A DNA stretch of 63,040 bases, filler included, from Reclinomonas americana ATCC 50394 (taxonomy: Eukaryota), in NCBI GenBank assembly GCA_048213135.1. It is 14 parts of 14 records of this genome, joined end to end, with 100 filler letters (N's around TTAATTAATTAA, not from the genome) between each part and the next. Parts side by side here need not be neighbours in the genome. Positions count along the whole stretch, not along the records: positions 49,331 to 53,359 come from AFZH01022699.1; positions 53,460 to 56,417 come from AFZH01022700.1; positions 56,518 to 61,263 come from AFZH01022701.1; positions 61,364 to 63,040 come from AFZH01022713.1; 10 more parts are not named here. One strand, written 5' to 3'. Shown piece after piece: positions 50,242-61,908 of this stretch (the first letter of the stretch is position 1; each line of letters opens with the position of its first letter). Position numbers and translations under genes: made by a program. The notes beneath the pieces were generated by a model. The model made no database searches. It worked only from the letters and a program-made list of their open reading frames with translations, and was not told the DNA's origin.

Positions 50242-51272
50242 ATGGAGCGCGAAGAGCTGCTTCCGCGGCACTTGTCGCGCGAGGACTACTGCCGACGAAT
50301 GCGCATGCTGTTCAGTGTGCCGACGGTGGTGCACAGCGATGGAACCATCAATCAGGAATATCCTTTTGCCCCGCACACTATGCTTACTCGTCGAAGTGTG
50401 TGCATGTTCTCCTTCACTGCTTCTGTTGTCCCTCCAGCGCACATACTTCAAGCCGATTGTCGACGTGCGCATTCGGCCGCGAGAGTGGGGCGATCGAGCA
50501 GAGGACCTCGCGCGTCTCGATGCCGGCTTGGTGGCGCACGGTGTCGGCGCCTGGGCCGAGATCATTCACGACTTTCTGCCGTTCTGGGTGCGGCCTTTGT
50601 GTGTGCATTCGTTGCATGTAAGAGGCCTCACTCGGAAGTGTGGTGCAGGACGCGACTGAGCTGGTGCACGGCACCGCCAAGGGCATGGGAGTGACGCCTA
50701 CGTGCGTTCGACGATTCTGTCGCGGGTGGAAGGGAACAGTGGTGCAGCTGCGTGAGCGAGCGGAACGCGAGTTGTCGCAGCAGCAGCGGGAGGAGGAGGT
50801 GGTGTTGCCACCGCGACCGCCCATTCCACCACCGCCGACATCGTTGGTCAACGTGATGGGCGCGAGTGCCCTTCACCAGCAACACGGAGTGCAGCCGAGT
50901 CGCGAGTCGACACCTCCGGCGCGACCAGCGGGGCAGCGGACGATTCAGTTCGCTTCGACAACGACGACCACCACGACCACCACGACAACAAGCAAGTCGC
51001 CGCAGCCGCCACTGTCAAAGCTCGGCGCCCCCGAAGTCGTCATTGTGGCGGACGACGACGACGATGCCACAGAGGAGGAGGTGGACGACGATGCAGACCG
51101 GCTTCCCGATCGCCCACCAGGCCTCACTGCGCGATACGCCGAAGACCTGCTGAGCTTCGGCAGCGACGATGAAGACGACGGAGGAAGAGGTGGCGGAGGC
51201 GGAGGAGGTGGCGGTGGTGGTGTAACAGCCATGGACGACGACGACGACGATTTCGCGTGGGGAGGCGTGTGA
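50242..51272 (+). CDS. Myb/SANT-like domain protein with an acidic tail
   Basis: Exons 50242-50357, 50443-50587 and ~50649-51272. INQEYFKP...WG....LDAGLVAHGVGAWAEIIHDFLPFW...GWKG. Confidence 0.7.
50358..50442 (+). other. U12-type (minor spliceosome) AT-AC intron
   Basis: 5' ATATCCTTT, branch-like TCCTTCAC at 50410-50417, 3' CAC. Removal restores the frame (GA|A TAC TTC AAG = EYFK). Confidence 0.85.
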
Positions 51273-51293
51273 GTAAAGCACTTGACACAGCGT

Positions 51294-51988
51294 TCATTCC
51301 GTGTCCATGCCCTCTTCGTCGTCGCCATCGCTGGACGACTCCATAGCCTCTGCTTCTGCGGCTGCTGTGACTGCAGCAGCAGCTGCGCCTGCTCCCGCCG
51401 GCATCACCACGTGGTGCTCCGGGAGGATCATGTTGGGTATTGTGTCGCTGACACTGTATTCCATTCCGCACGCCTCGCATTGCAGGTATCCGTTCTCCAG
51501 CACCACCTGTGGGCGTCACACACAGAGAGTGAGAGAGGTGAGAGGCAAAGAGAGGCAAAGAGAGTGTGTGTGCATGCGAGGTCCCACCTCTTGCAGCAAG
51601 TGATGCAGGGAAGCCAGCAAGCCTTGGTTGGTTTGTACATCGGCTGGTAGCTCTTCTGGAAGGTCCGTAATGCCCATCTGTGAGAAGGCAATGTGGTGAG
51701 TGGTGTTGGTGATGTGAATGAGCACATGGCGCGCCCTCCCTCGCTGACCTGTGAGGCGGCCCTGAGCAGTGCAGGGTAGTCCAGCTTCGGCAGCATGCGG
51801 GCAATGAACTCGGGCTTGGCTGGTGTCGGAACCTGCGTGCGTGTGTGTGTGTCAGCGAGTCAGCGAGTGTGAGTGTGCTTGTGTGCTGCTGCGCGAACAC
51901 GCACCTCCTTGATGCTCTCTGGTACGATCTTCAGCGGGAAGGCCTGGCACTTGAGGCACGCCAGCATGTTGTGCGTGAGAAGCCTCAT
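51294..51988 (-). CDS. TRM112: Methyltransferase activator subunit Trm112, 4 exons
   Basis: MRLLTHNML..FPLKI, PEFIARMLPKLDYPAL, LHHLLQE and G.LQCEACGMEY.V.DTIPNMIL. Confidence 0.95.
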
Positions 51989-52492
51989 GGTCGCGGGTCG
52001 GTGATTGAAGGGAGTGTGGGACGAGTGCTAAACGTCGAGAGTTGTCTTCTTCTTCTTGTTGCTCGCAAGGAGAGCACCAAGTACACAAGCTGTGCACTGT
52101 GTTGAGAAGGTGGTGTGAAGGAGAAATAAGCAACTCGCAGCAGCAAGATCGACGTTGACTGTCGTGTCCCCTTGTCTCTCTCACACACACCCTCTGAGTC
52201 CACCCTCTCGTCAAGTCGTCGTGCGCGCACAGCACCGTCTCCCTTGCTGCACACCACCGACGCATTCTCGACATGGCCGGTCAACCACGTGCGTTTCACT
52301 TTCTCTCTCTCTCTCACTCACACACACATTGTCTCGCGCGCGCTCACACACTCTCTCACACATGCACACAGCGAAAGTAAACTTTGGAGCTGGGGGCGCG
52401 GGCGCAGGCTCGAGTTTTGGTGAGCTCCTGTCTCGCTGTTGCCGCAGACACGTTCTCGCTCATTCACTCACTCATCCGCGACAGCTGGCAAA

Positions 52493-53359
52493 ATGGCATT
52501 TCCCGCTGGAAAGTTTGGTGCGCCTGCTGCTGGTGCAGGAGCTGGAGGCTTCAAGTTTGGAGCAGCAGCAGCAGCAGCACCTGCAGCAGGTGCTCCTGCG
52601 GCACCGGGCGCTCCTGCGGCGGCTGCGGGGCCACCCAAGTTTGGATTTGGAGGCAAGATCGGTGCACCGGCAGCGCCTGCTGCAGGCGCACCGGCTGCAG
52701 GTGCCCCCGCTGCGGGCGGCAAGTTTGGGGGATTTGGTGGGTTTGGCAAGGTCGGCGCGCCTGCTGCGGGTGCTCCTGCTGCTGCTCCTGCTGCTGCCGC
52801 TCCGGCTGCTGGCGCTCCTGCTGCAGCAGCACCAGCGGCACCTGCAGCTGCGGTAGCTGCGCAGCCGACCACCATTGGGGCGGGTGCGCCGAAAAAGTTT
52901 GGATTGGTGCGTCGACAACCAGCCAGCGATTGCGTGTGAGACATGGTGGGGATGCTGATGTGGTGTGTCGTGCAGGGAGCACCGGCTGCGCCTGGAGGCC
53001 TCTCTCTGTCAATCAAGACTGCGGCACCGGCTGGGGGTGCGACTGCGGCAGCACCGGGCACCGCGGCCGCACCAGCCGCTGCAGCTGCTCCGACTGCTGC
53101 TGCTGCCACCACCACCACCACGGCCACCACTGCAGCCGCGGCACCGGCTGCTGCTGGAGCCGGCACAGCTACTGCGGCCGCTGGCGGCGCCGGCATCAAG
53201 GCGTTCTCGGCGGCACCAGCTGCGGGAAGGTCAGTGTTGATGCGTGTTCTCCTTCTCTTTGTTGCCTTCGTGGAGACTCATCAGTCGATTGCAGTACGGC
53301 GCCGGTGAAGAAATCGTGGAGTTGCGTTGTCTTCCTTTTTTAGTTGTTGTCATCAAGCA
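52493..53359 (+). CDS. FG-repeat protein, probable nucleoporin N-terminus (3'-partial)
   Basis: KFG, GFKFG, KFGFGG and FGGFGGFG motifs in Ala/Pro/Gly spacers. Confidence 0.55.
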
Positions 53360-53541
53360 NNNNNNNNNNNNNNNNNNNNNNNNNNNNNNNNNNNNNNNNN
53401 NNNTTAATTAATTAANNNNNNNNNNNNNNNNNNNNNNNNNNNNNNNNNNNNNNNNNNNNACACACACAAAAAAACAGAGTCTTGTTATTTAAGCAGAGCG
53501 GGATCTCCTCTCGCCAATCTTTTTCTTTTCTCCCTCCCCCT

Positions 53542-56226
53542 TTACACCACCAAGACGACATTGTTCGGCGGTGATTCCGGCCGCACTGCGATTTCCCGGA
53601 GCGACAAGTGGCGCACGGGGCAGCCACACTGGATGGCCACGTAGAGCGCCTGTACACCATTTGCGCCGACCGGATTCTCTGTGGCGCCGAAATAAATGAG
53701 GCACATACGAACGAGCAGGCGAGTGAATTCACCGCGTGCGCGCAACTCGACAGGCTCAGTTGTCGCAATTCGCGGTGTTGTACCAAGGACGCCGAGAAGG
53801 CGCAGGTCGCCACATCGTTCAGACCGCAGTCTGCAAGGCGGAGTGTGGATGAGAGAGAGAACACATACGACTTGCGAGGTGCGTGCGAGAGTGTGTACCT
53901 TCCAGGAGCAACACAGCGAGTCTTGGTGCCTGGTGCAGCACCATCTTCATTGCATCGGCAGTCTGGAGTGGATTACCTGGCGAACGAGAGACGGCTAGTG
54001 TGAGCGCACTGACAGAGACGGAAAAAACACGATGTCCGTTACTCACCGCTCACGTCGAGATACTCCAGAGCCTTACATGACACCGTCTGTGCGAATAGTG
54101 CGAGGCCAGCATTGGAGATACCATTGTCTGCACAGTGGCGTGGAGTGAGTCACACCACTCGCCACCCAGCACTGTGATTTCGCACGCAACTCGCGACATT
54201 CAAGTACGACAATGGCTGATGGCCGGCAAGTGCCACTGCCAGCACGTACATGCCAATGTCGGTCAGACCTGTGCCGGCAAGATCAAGTCGCGCCAGGTAT
54301 GGCGTCGCTTTCAACAGCGGCTGCACGAACTGCGCAATGTCGGTCCCCAGTGGATTTTCTGCACGCACAGACGCATGGTCAGATGCCAACAGGAAACGCA
54401 CACACACGCACAGCGCCGGAAATCACGCAACGAGCCAACGAAAGGTTCTCCAGCGGGCAAGCAGCGCCACTGAGCCCGGTGGCGAAATGTACAAGACCAG
54501 CCGCCGTCAAATCGTTCTGCGATAGGTCGAGCGATCGCAGAGTGCGATTGCACCGAATGGCCGTGGTGAGGTGCCGTAGACCGAGCTCGCCGATCTGATT
54601 GAAGGGAATGTACAACGACGACAGCGAGGTAGTGGTCAACAGCAATCGGCTCACAGCACGCCAGCCGGTGGGACCTGCTTCAGCATCTGTGGCGCAGCAA
54701 GTTGAGCACTCTGGCATTCACTCGCTCCAACACGACAGCGTCCGCAACTGCGTAAAAGCAGGCTCTGCACGCCCGGGTGCAACTGAACGGCGGCACACAG
54801 CGAGTGCACGCCGTCGTGTCCAATGGGACCGGCGACACGCACGGTCGACAGCCCGGAGTACATCAGGAGACGAGCGAAATCGGGAACCAGTCCGCCCTCA
54901 CAGATTTGCTCAAACGAGACCACACTCCTGCATACGTGCATGCGCATCAGTGGCACTGCTCTTGCTCACTGACTCTCTTTTCATCTTGCTCTCTGACACA
55001 CGCGTACCGCTCCAGCAGGTCACGGAACCACATGGACACGGCCCACAGGGTGCTCGCATCATCAAACGACAAGAAGGATCCCACGAGGCGCCACAGTGGG
55101 TCCGGTAACCTGGTCGACAGCTGCGGCCGCCCACGAGTTGACTCTGCTGCCCTCTGCGCACAGAAGAATGGGAGTGAGGCGTGGTGCACTTGAAGGTCAG
55201 GGAGCTCGTCCACTCGGCACGAACCGTGAGCATCAACGGGAACGCGGAAGACAGTGGTGGAACTGCGCGCAAGCAAAAACCACTGCAGTGAGTCGTTCTG
55301 CTCATACAAGACAGCAGGAAAAATTGAGGCACGCAACTCTCGCGGACGCGAGCGACTGCTTTCACGCTCGACGAGGCACGCGCTGGCGCACTGTCGGCTG
55401 ATGCGCGCGGCAGCGGTGGAGAAAAGGCGAGCTGCGCGGTGCCGGACGACTGCATCGACGCAGGAGTGCGGGGGCTTGCCGTTGGCGGTCGCGCGAGTCC
55501 ACCCACGGTGGTCGACGGCAACGCCGACGAGAATTTCATACCGGGCGACGGTCGGGTGGAGGTGGATCGCGACGCTGTCGGTGACATGAAACTCTGACCG
55601 AGCGACTTTTCCGCTCCTCCATCCTGCGATGAGTCAGTCAGTCAGTGCGTGTGCGAATGTGTGTGTGGCGGCGCTTCCTCCCCGAGGTCGACGAGCGCAC
55701 CGAAGAGTGATCGTCGTCGGCCGACAGATTCAGAGCCTCCACCGAGACACCGGCGAGCTTCAGCAACTCCATGTCGTCACCACGCTCCAGCCGCCTGCGC
55801 AGCGTGGAGTTCCACCGATTCTTCACCGCATTCGCCGTGCGCCCGTCCAACTCCTTGGCCATACTGCATGAGAAACGAAGTGTCAATAAAACACAGAAGA
55901 GAGAGACGCGCTGAAAGGAAACAACGCAACGCTGCCCAGCGATTGCCCATCGAGGCACGCATCCGCACAATTGCCGCGTCCTCCTCCACCGACCACTCGC
56001 CACGCTTCACTCCCGGATCCAACTGGTTGCACCAGCGCTCCCGAATCGACTTGCCCGAGCGGCCTTGACCCATGAGCTGCGCAATCACTGATGCCACGCC
56101 CCATGAACACACACACAGAAGACGAAGAGAGAGAGACAAAAGGCACAGTCGCTCACCCTTCCATCGCTTCGCGCCATGCGTGCTAACCAACGATCGCAGC
56201 AACTCATCGTCGGCCTCTGTCCACAT
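53542..56226 (-). CDS. R2R3-Myb + F-box + RNI-like LRR fusion protein
   Basis: In-frame spliced chain from MWTEADDELL..RERWCNQLDP..WSVEED..GNRWA..LDGRTANAVKNRWNS, through an S/P linker, to F-box RLPDPLWRLVGSFLSFDDASTLWAVSMWFRDL and about 8 LRRs (e.g. LRSLDLSQNDL, LARLDLAGTGL). Stop TAA at 53542. Confidence 0.85.
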
Positions 56227-56934
56227 GGTGTGCGCTGTGCAGCAATGACAGAGGGAAGGGAGTAAGGGAGAGAGTAGTGGTGAGTTGGAGACTGAGGGAG
56301 TGCTCACAGTCTGCATCTCTTCCTCTCCCTCTTACACATACTCTCTAACTCACCTCTTCTCTGTTCCTTCCTCCATTCTACATCCCGCTCCCTTCCCTCA
56401 GCATCTCTCTCTCTCTCNNNNNNNNNNNNNNNNNNNNNNNNNNNNNNNNNNNNNNNNNNNNTTAATTAATTAANNNNNNNNNNNNNNNNNNNNNNNNNNN
56501 NNNNNNNNNNNNNNNNNGAGAGTGTGAGTTTGCGCGGGAAATGCAGCACGTGCGGTGCATTTCGCAGGTGCGTGCATATCTCTCTCTTCTCTTGTGTGAG
56601 AGGCACAGACATGCATGCACAGGTGTGTCTGTCTGTCTGTGTAAGTGAGAGGGGGATAGAGTGACGCAACTGCGGTGACTCGCTGCGCGTCTGCCATGTC
56701 CTTTGGTGGCACTCGTGGACGCGCGCAGGCACAGACTCTGCTCTCACTCACTCGCTCACACACACTCTTTCACACAAACAGACACTGCAACGAAGCCACA
56801 CACGCCGACACAATCAACAATTAATCTTCCGCTTGATTGCTAACTAACTGACAATGGGACGTTTTTTGCTGATTGCACTACACTTCATGTTGGTTTTTTC
56901 TCTGTGCCTGCTCGTGCGTGACTTCTTATTGTTT

Positions 56935-58996
56935 TCAGCCACGTGGCATCCACAGCTTGACCAGACCATCCGCTGAGGCGCTGGCCAGCAACGGCTCACC
57001 CGGGTGGAAGTCGACCGAGTACACAATATCAGTGTGACCGTCGAGAGCTTGCAGGATGCGGCCGTGGCCCTGCAATGGAAGAAAGAGAAGAGATAATGAG
57101 TATGTCGGGGTTGCGCTGCTTGCTTGTTGCGTACCTGTCGTCCGCCAACGTCGTACACGTAGACTTTCTTGTTGGTGCTGCCTGAGGCCAGCAGCATGGT
57201 GCGGTTGAGATCGACGAGGAATGCACTGCGTTGCGAAGAAAAAAAAACACCGACAATCAGCACTGTGGCAGGAGCAGCACATCTAGCAGACCACTAACAC
57301 CAGACCTCTCGTCGTCGGCCGCCGAGGAACCGCCACCAGCTGCGCCATCGTCGTCTGTGGCGTCGGCACTGCCACTGCCGGTGAACTGTGAGCCGACAAA
57401 GAATGACGAGCGAATGGGCCAGTTGCGGCTCTTGGCGCCGTAGAACTCGTGCAGCAGTGAGATGCGCAGGCTGGCCTGCTTCTTCATGAGCGCACCGCGG
57501 TCAAACACGCGAGTGACATTGTCAAAACTGTTGACGGCCATGAACCGGCAATTGTCGCTCTGTGGAGGAGGAAGAGAGGAAAGCATGCACGTAAGTAGCT
57601 GCCTGCCATGCATGTCAACCGCCAGTTGCCAATAGTGTACCTCAGCTGTCGGACGCGACAGTGTCACACACGACACCGGTAGTCTCTGCTCGCCAATCTC
57701 CATGCTCTCCACAGCCTCACCCGTTCGCATGTCCCACGTCTTCAGAACGCCCCGCTGATCCGACGACAGAACCACCTGGCGACCCATGGCACACGAACTG
57801 CAAACATACAAGCGCGCCAATCAGCGTCGACCGCGGCGCGATGTCCGAGAGGAAACAACAGAAGAGTAACGCAACATGCACGTCACTGGGTCTTGGTTGA
57901 CAAGCCGTATCACCGGCTGCGCCGACGACAAGCGGTCGTCGTGGCCGTGAATGGTGCCACTTGTGTCACCGTACATGCACAAATGTGGACCTGTCGGAGA
58001 TGTGAATGAGAGAGAGAGAGAGCAAAGAGAAAGATGGCCCAGCTTCTCTCGCATTTTCTTGCTCTCCCTCTCTCCCTCCCCTTTTCTCTCTCCCTCTCCC
58101 ATCCCTTCCCCTCTCCCTTCCCCCTCCCTCCGGAGCAACGCACTGTGGTTGGTGGCCCACTGCACAGTCTGAATGAGTCCGGTGGCCTCCAATGCCGTGA
58201 CGCAGCGGCTCGTCGCCACGTCCCACAATCGAAGCGTGCGATCAAAGGAACCCGACAAGAGAGCGTTGCTGCACACAGACACAGCAAACATGAGCATTCG
58301 TCACTCCGTTTCCCCTCTCATCTGGCAGCGGTGTGTAACCTGTCGGGTGACCACGCCAGATCCGCCACATTGCTCGTGTGCTCAGCCAGGCACGAGATCT
58401 CCCGCGGCGCATCCGAATCGAAAGCCCACAACCGCACACTGCCATCAAACGAACCCGTGGCCAGCTGCTCACCATACGGACTGAACCGCACACAATACAC
58501 AGCTCCCGTGTGCCTGCCCAAACAAACACACAAACGCAGAGGTCAGCGCCAGTTGGCGTGGATTCAAGGATACTGCCAGCAGCAGCAGCAACAACAACAC
58601 ACCCACGCAAGTCCGCACGGAAGGAGAAGAGCGACGTGACCTCTGTCGATCGCTGCAGCGGGCGTAACCTGCTCCCCGTGCCGCGCGCATTCGACTGCGT
58701 CGGTTCCCCGCCCTCAAACGCCGACACGGGCGGCGACAGCACCGCAGTCGACGGCGTCACCGGCGTCGTCGCAATCGTCGGCGTGGTGGCCGCACTGCCA
58801 CTGCCACCGGCACCTGCCACTGGTGGCGCTCCGGCCTGCGGCACAAACACCACTGGCGTCGCCGGGTATCCATTCAGAATCGCCATCATGGGACTCACAG
58901 CTCCACTGGTGCCAAACGCCGCCGCCCCCTGTGCTGCAGCCGGCGTACCACTCCCAACAAACGAAGCCGGCGCACCTGTCTGCACGCGCAAAGGCT

Positions 58997-59031
<35 letters not shown>

Positions 59032-59457
59032 TGTTGCTGAGCCAGCTGCTGCGACAACTGCTGCAGCTGTTGCTGCTGGTCTGCTGCAGTCTCCTCTGCC
59101 GACTGCGGGTCCACAATGCTAAAGGGCGCCACGGCGGATTTGCCGCGCTGCTGCAGCACCTGGTTGAATCTGTGTGCAAAGAAACGACATTGATCATCAT
59201 CATCTCATCTGCTTACGTGCGAGTCTTTCTTTCTTCTCTCTTGTTACCTGACATTCAAGTCGTACAGACTCTTCTGCAACTGCTGCTTCTCGCGCTCCAG
59301 GCGCTCCACCTTGTTCTTCAGCTGCTTGTTCTCATTGTTGACTCGTTCAAATTCCTGCACAAAGTGAGCATCAGTGAGAGAGAGAGGGAGAGAGAGGGAG
59401 AGGGAGAGGCACAGGAAAGCGCACCTGCTTGTAGAAGGAGTCAGCAGAGTGATACAT
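56935..59457 (-). CDS. Coiled-coil / poly-Q / WD40-repeat protein
   Basis: ENKQLKNKVERLEREKQQLQKSLYDL; GHTGAVYCVRFSPYGEQLATGSFDGSVRLW; GHTDIVYSVDFHPGEPLLASASADGLVKLW. Confidence 0.92.
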
Positions 59458-59544
59458 TTCCCCTTCAGAGAGCCTTGGGGTTACAGTGAAGCGTCCAGCG
59501 CGGAAATTGCCTCGACACGTAACCCTCAATCACTCGCTCGAAGA

Positions 59545-60935
59545 ATGTTCGACGACGCTGATGCCGTGGCTTCTCCACCTCTTGCTCCAACAGAAGCACG
59601 CAGTGGCGGCGCGATGAGCAAGGGAAGAACGCAAGTTGCGTCTTTTTTCTTCCCGAACATGACACACAGATCGCTCTCTCTCTCGCTCGCTCTCTTGCGC
59701 CCGAGCGTGTGCGCCATCGCGCACTGTCTCACACTCCCCACTCTCCACACACGCACACACGAGTCATTGTGTGCAACATGCACATCGGATGTCTTAAAAC
59801 GCCTCTCACTCTCTATCTCTCTCACTGTCATTTCAGACACCCGCCGACGACCACGACCGCGTGTCGCTCTCCTCCTCCTCCACCGCCGCCTCCTCCTCAC
59901 TGCGACGCACAGCCGCCACCCAGCGAAGGAAAGAGGTGATTCTCGCCTCATGCGGGCCCTGTGGCACTCCAATGTCATTGTCCTGAATTCCCTCCTCTCT
60001 CTCTCTCTCGTGCGTAGGCATCGCCACCGCAGTCGCCCTCGCTGACGGTGACGTCACCGGCGGCGTCTGTGCGCTCGGATCCGGGTCCTGTGGCGGGCAA
60101 TGGCCATGCGCGACGTCGAACCGTCGTTCGTGTGGTCGATGATCCTTCTTCGTCGACGGCCGTGACGCCCAGTGGGACTCTGGCGGGTCGGCGACGCACT
60201 TCACTGCAGTTCTTGGCGGTACCGACGCGCGGATCGCCTTCGTCTGCGTCTGCATCGGAGGAGGACGGGGAGGGATCGTCGTCGATGGATCGCGATCGGA
60301 GGGAACGAGTGGAGAGGTTTTTGACACGGCGACGAGGTGCGTTCTGCTTTGCTCATGCGTACGTGCGTGCGTGGAGACTCATGCATGCGTGCGTGCAGTG
60401 AGTATTGTCAAGCACGACGACACGCCGATGTGGGTGCACGACACGTGAGTCACCACCAATCGATTTCTCCTCTCCCCTTCGCTTTCCGCTCACTCTTTCC
60501 CTTGTGCCTCGCAGCGAGTGGCAGCTGACGCCGATCCAGACGACCGTGGACGAGAATGGGGAGGTCAAGGTCGATGTGTCACCGCGACCGGCGCTGTCGA
60601 CGGCGATGCTGGAGGCCATGAATCGTCTGACGCCGCGTGGGATCTACACCAGTGTGTGTGGCTCGCAAAAGGGCGACGATGACGATCGCACCTCGCGTCG
60701 ATCAACGTCGAGTGCGCGCACGCGGTTGCGGCGGGCCGTGAAGCGCGACACTGGGCTGACGGCGTGGGAATCGCTTCGCATACTCAAGTATCACCGCACG
60801 GTGGGATTGCCGCAGAAACGCGAGCGACTCGACAAGCTGCAGCGTCTGTGGCACTGGCGTGACTCGAGAATACCGCAGCATCTGCGAGGCGACGGGATCG
60901 ACAAGCATGTGGCCAGTGTTATCTGTCGGCCATGA
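59545..60935 (+). CDS. Hypothetical 4-exon protein
   Basis: In-frame GT-AG exon chain ending ...VASVICRP*. Divergent from the WD40 gene. Confidence 0.6.
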
Positions 60936-61016
60936 TGGGTGGATGTACAGCAACGGGTTTCTCTTTATACTTCGTCAATAGACTGCTGAATTATGATGGA
61001 GGAGGAGGAGGATTGA

Positions 61017-61263
61017 CTACTTTGATTTCTTGGCTCTCCAGTCCATCAGCGCCGCCAGCGGATCGTCACCCATGTCGTCGTCATCGTCGTCGTCGGCCAC
61101 CATGTTCACGTCAAACGTGCTGGCATGTAATCGTCTGTCGAGAGAGAGAGAGAGAGGAGGTCAACAAAAGGAGAAGAGCAATCAGCAGGTAATGCGCTCC
61201 ACAACTTTTGGTGTCGCGCCTGCTGGAGATGCGTGGTCCGATCGAGTGCCTCGCGCGTCTTAG
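61017..61263 (-). CDS. C-terminal exons of a probable ZNF830/CCDC16-like protein
   Basis: Acidic tract followed by DWRAKKSK*, resembling the DWRxK terminus of ZNF830. Confidence 0.4.
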
Positions 61264-61908
61264 NNNNNNNNNNNNNNNNNNNNNNNNNNNNNNNNNNNNN
61301 NNNNNNNTTAATTAATTAANNNNNNNNNNNNNNNNNNNNNNNNNNNNNNNNNNNNNNNNNNNNCCTCTCTCTCTGTGGCCCGCTCCCTGGCTCTCTCCCT
61401 CCTTCTCTCTGTATATCTGAGTCATGAGTGACTGGATGGAGGGACGTATCACGGAGAAAACCACGCACGCGCGAGCCCGCTCAGTTTCGCACACAAATCG
61501 GCGTCGTTAGCATTTTTGATTCATTTGGTGAGAGAAGTGGGTCCGACCCTGTTCGCACACATTCACGCACACACGCACTCCCTCTTCTCCATCGCTCGCA
61601 CGCTCTCTCTCTCTCTCTTTTGCACACACATGCACGCGAATGCACGCAGCGCAGTATGTCTCGTGCACTTTGCACACTCATGACAAGTGCACATGTGTCC
61701 CAACCTCCGAATCACTTGTCAAGCTCCTTTCTCGCGCACTCTCCCTCCCCTCACACACACACACACTCCCTCCCCCACTCCACCCCACCCCACCCTCCTC
61801 CTTTCCTTCTGTGTGATCCGTCTGTCAGTCAGTCACTCGTACGGTTGCGAATCAGAGGAGACGTCCTTGCTCCTTTTTCCACTTCTCACGCTCGCGGTTG
61901 CCACAGAC

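Noticed and set aside
58566..58573. GTATCCTT on the minus strand as a second U12 donor
   Set aside because: It lies inside an ordinary GT-AG intron whose removal already gives DLRGHTG.
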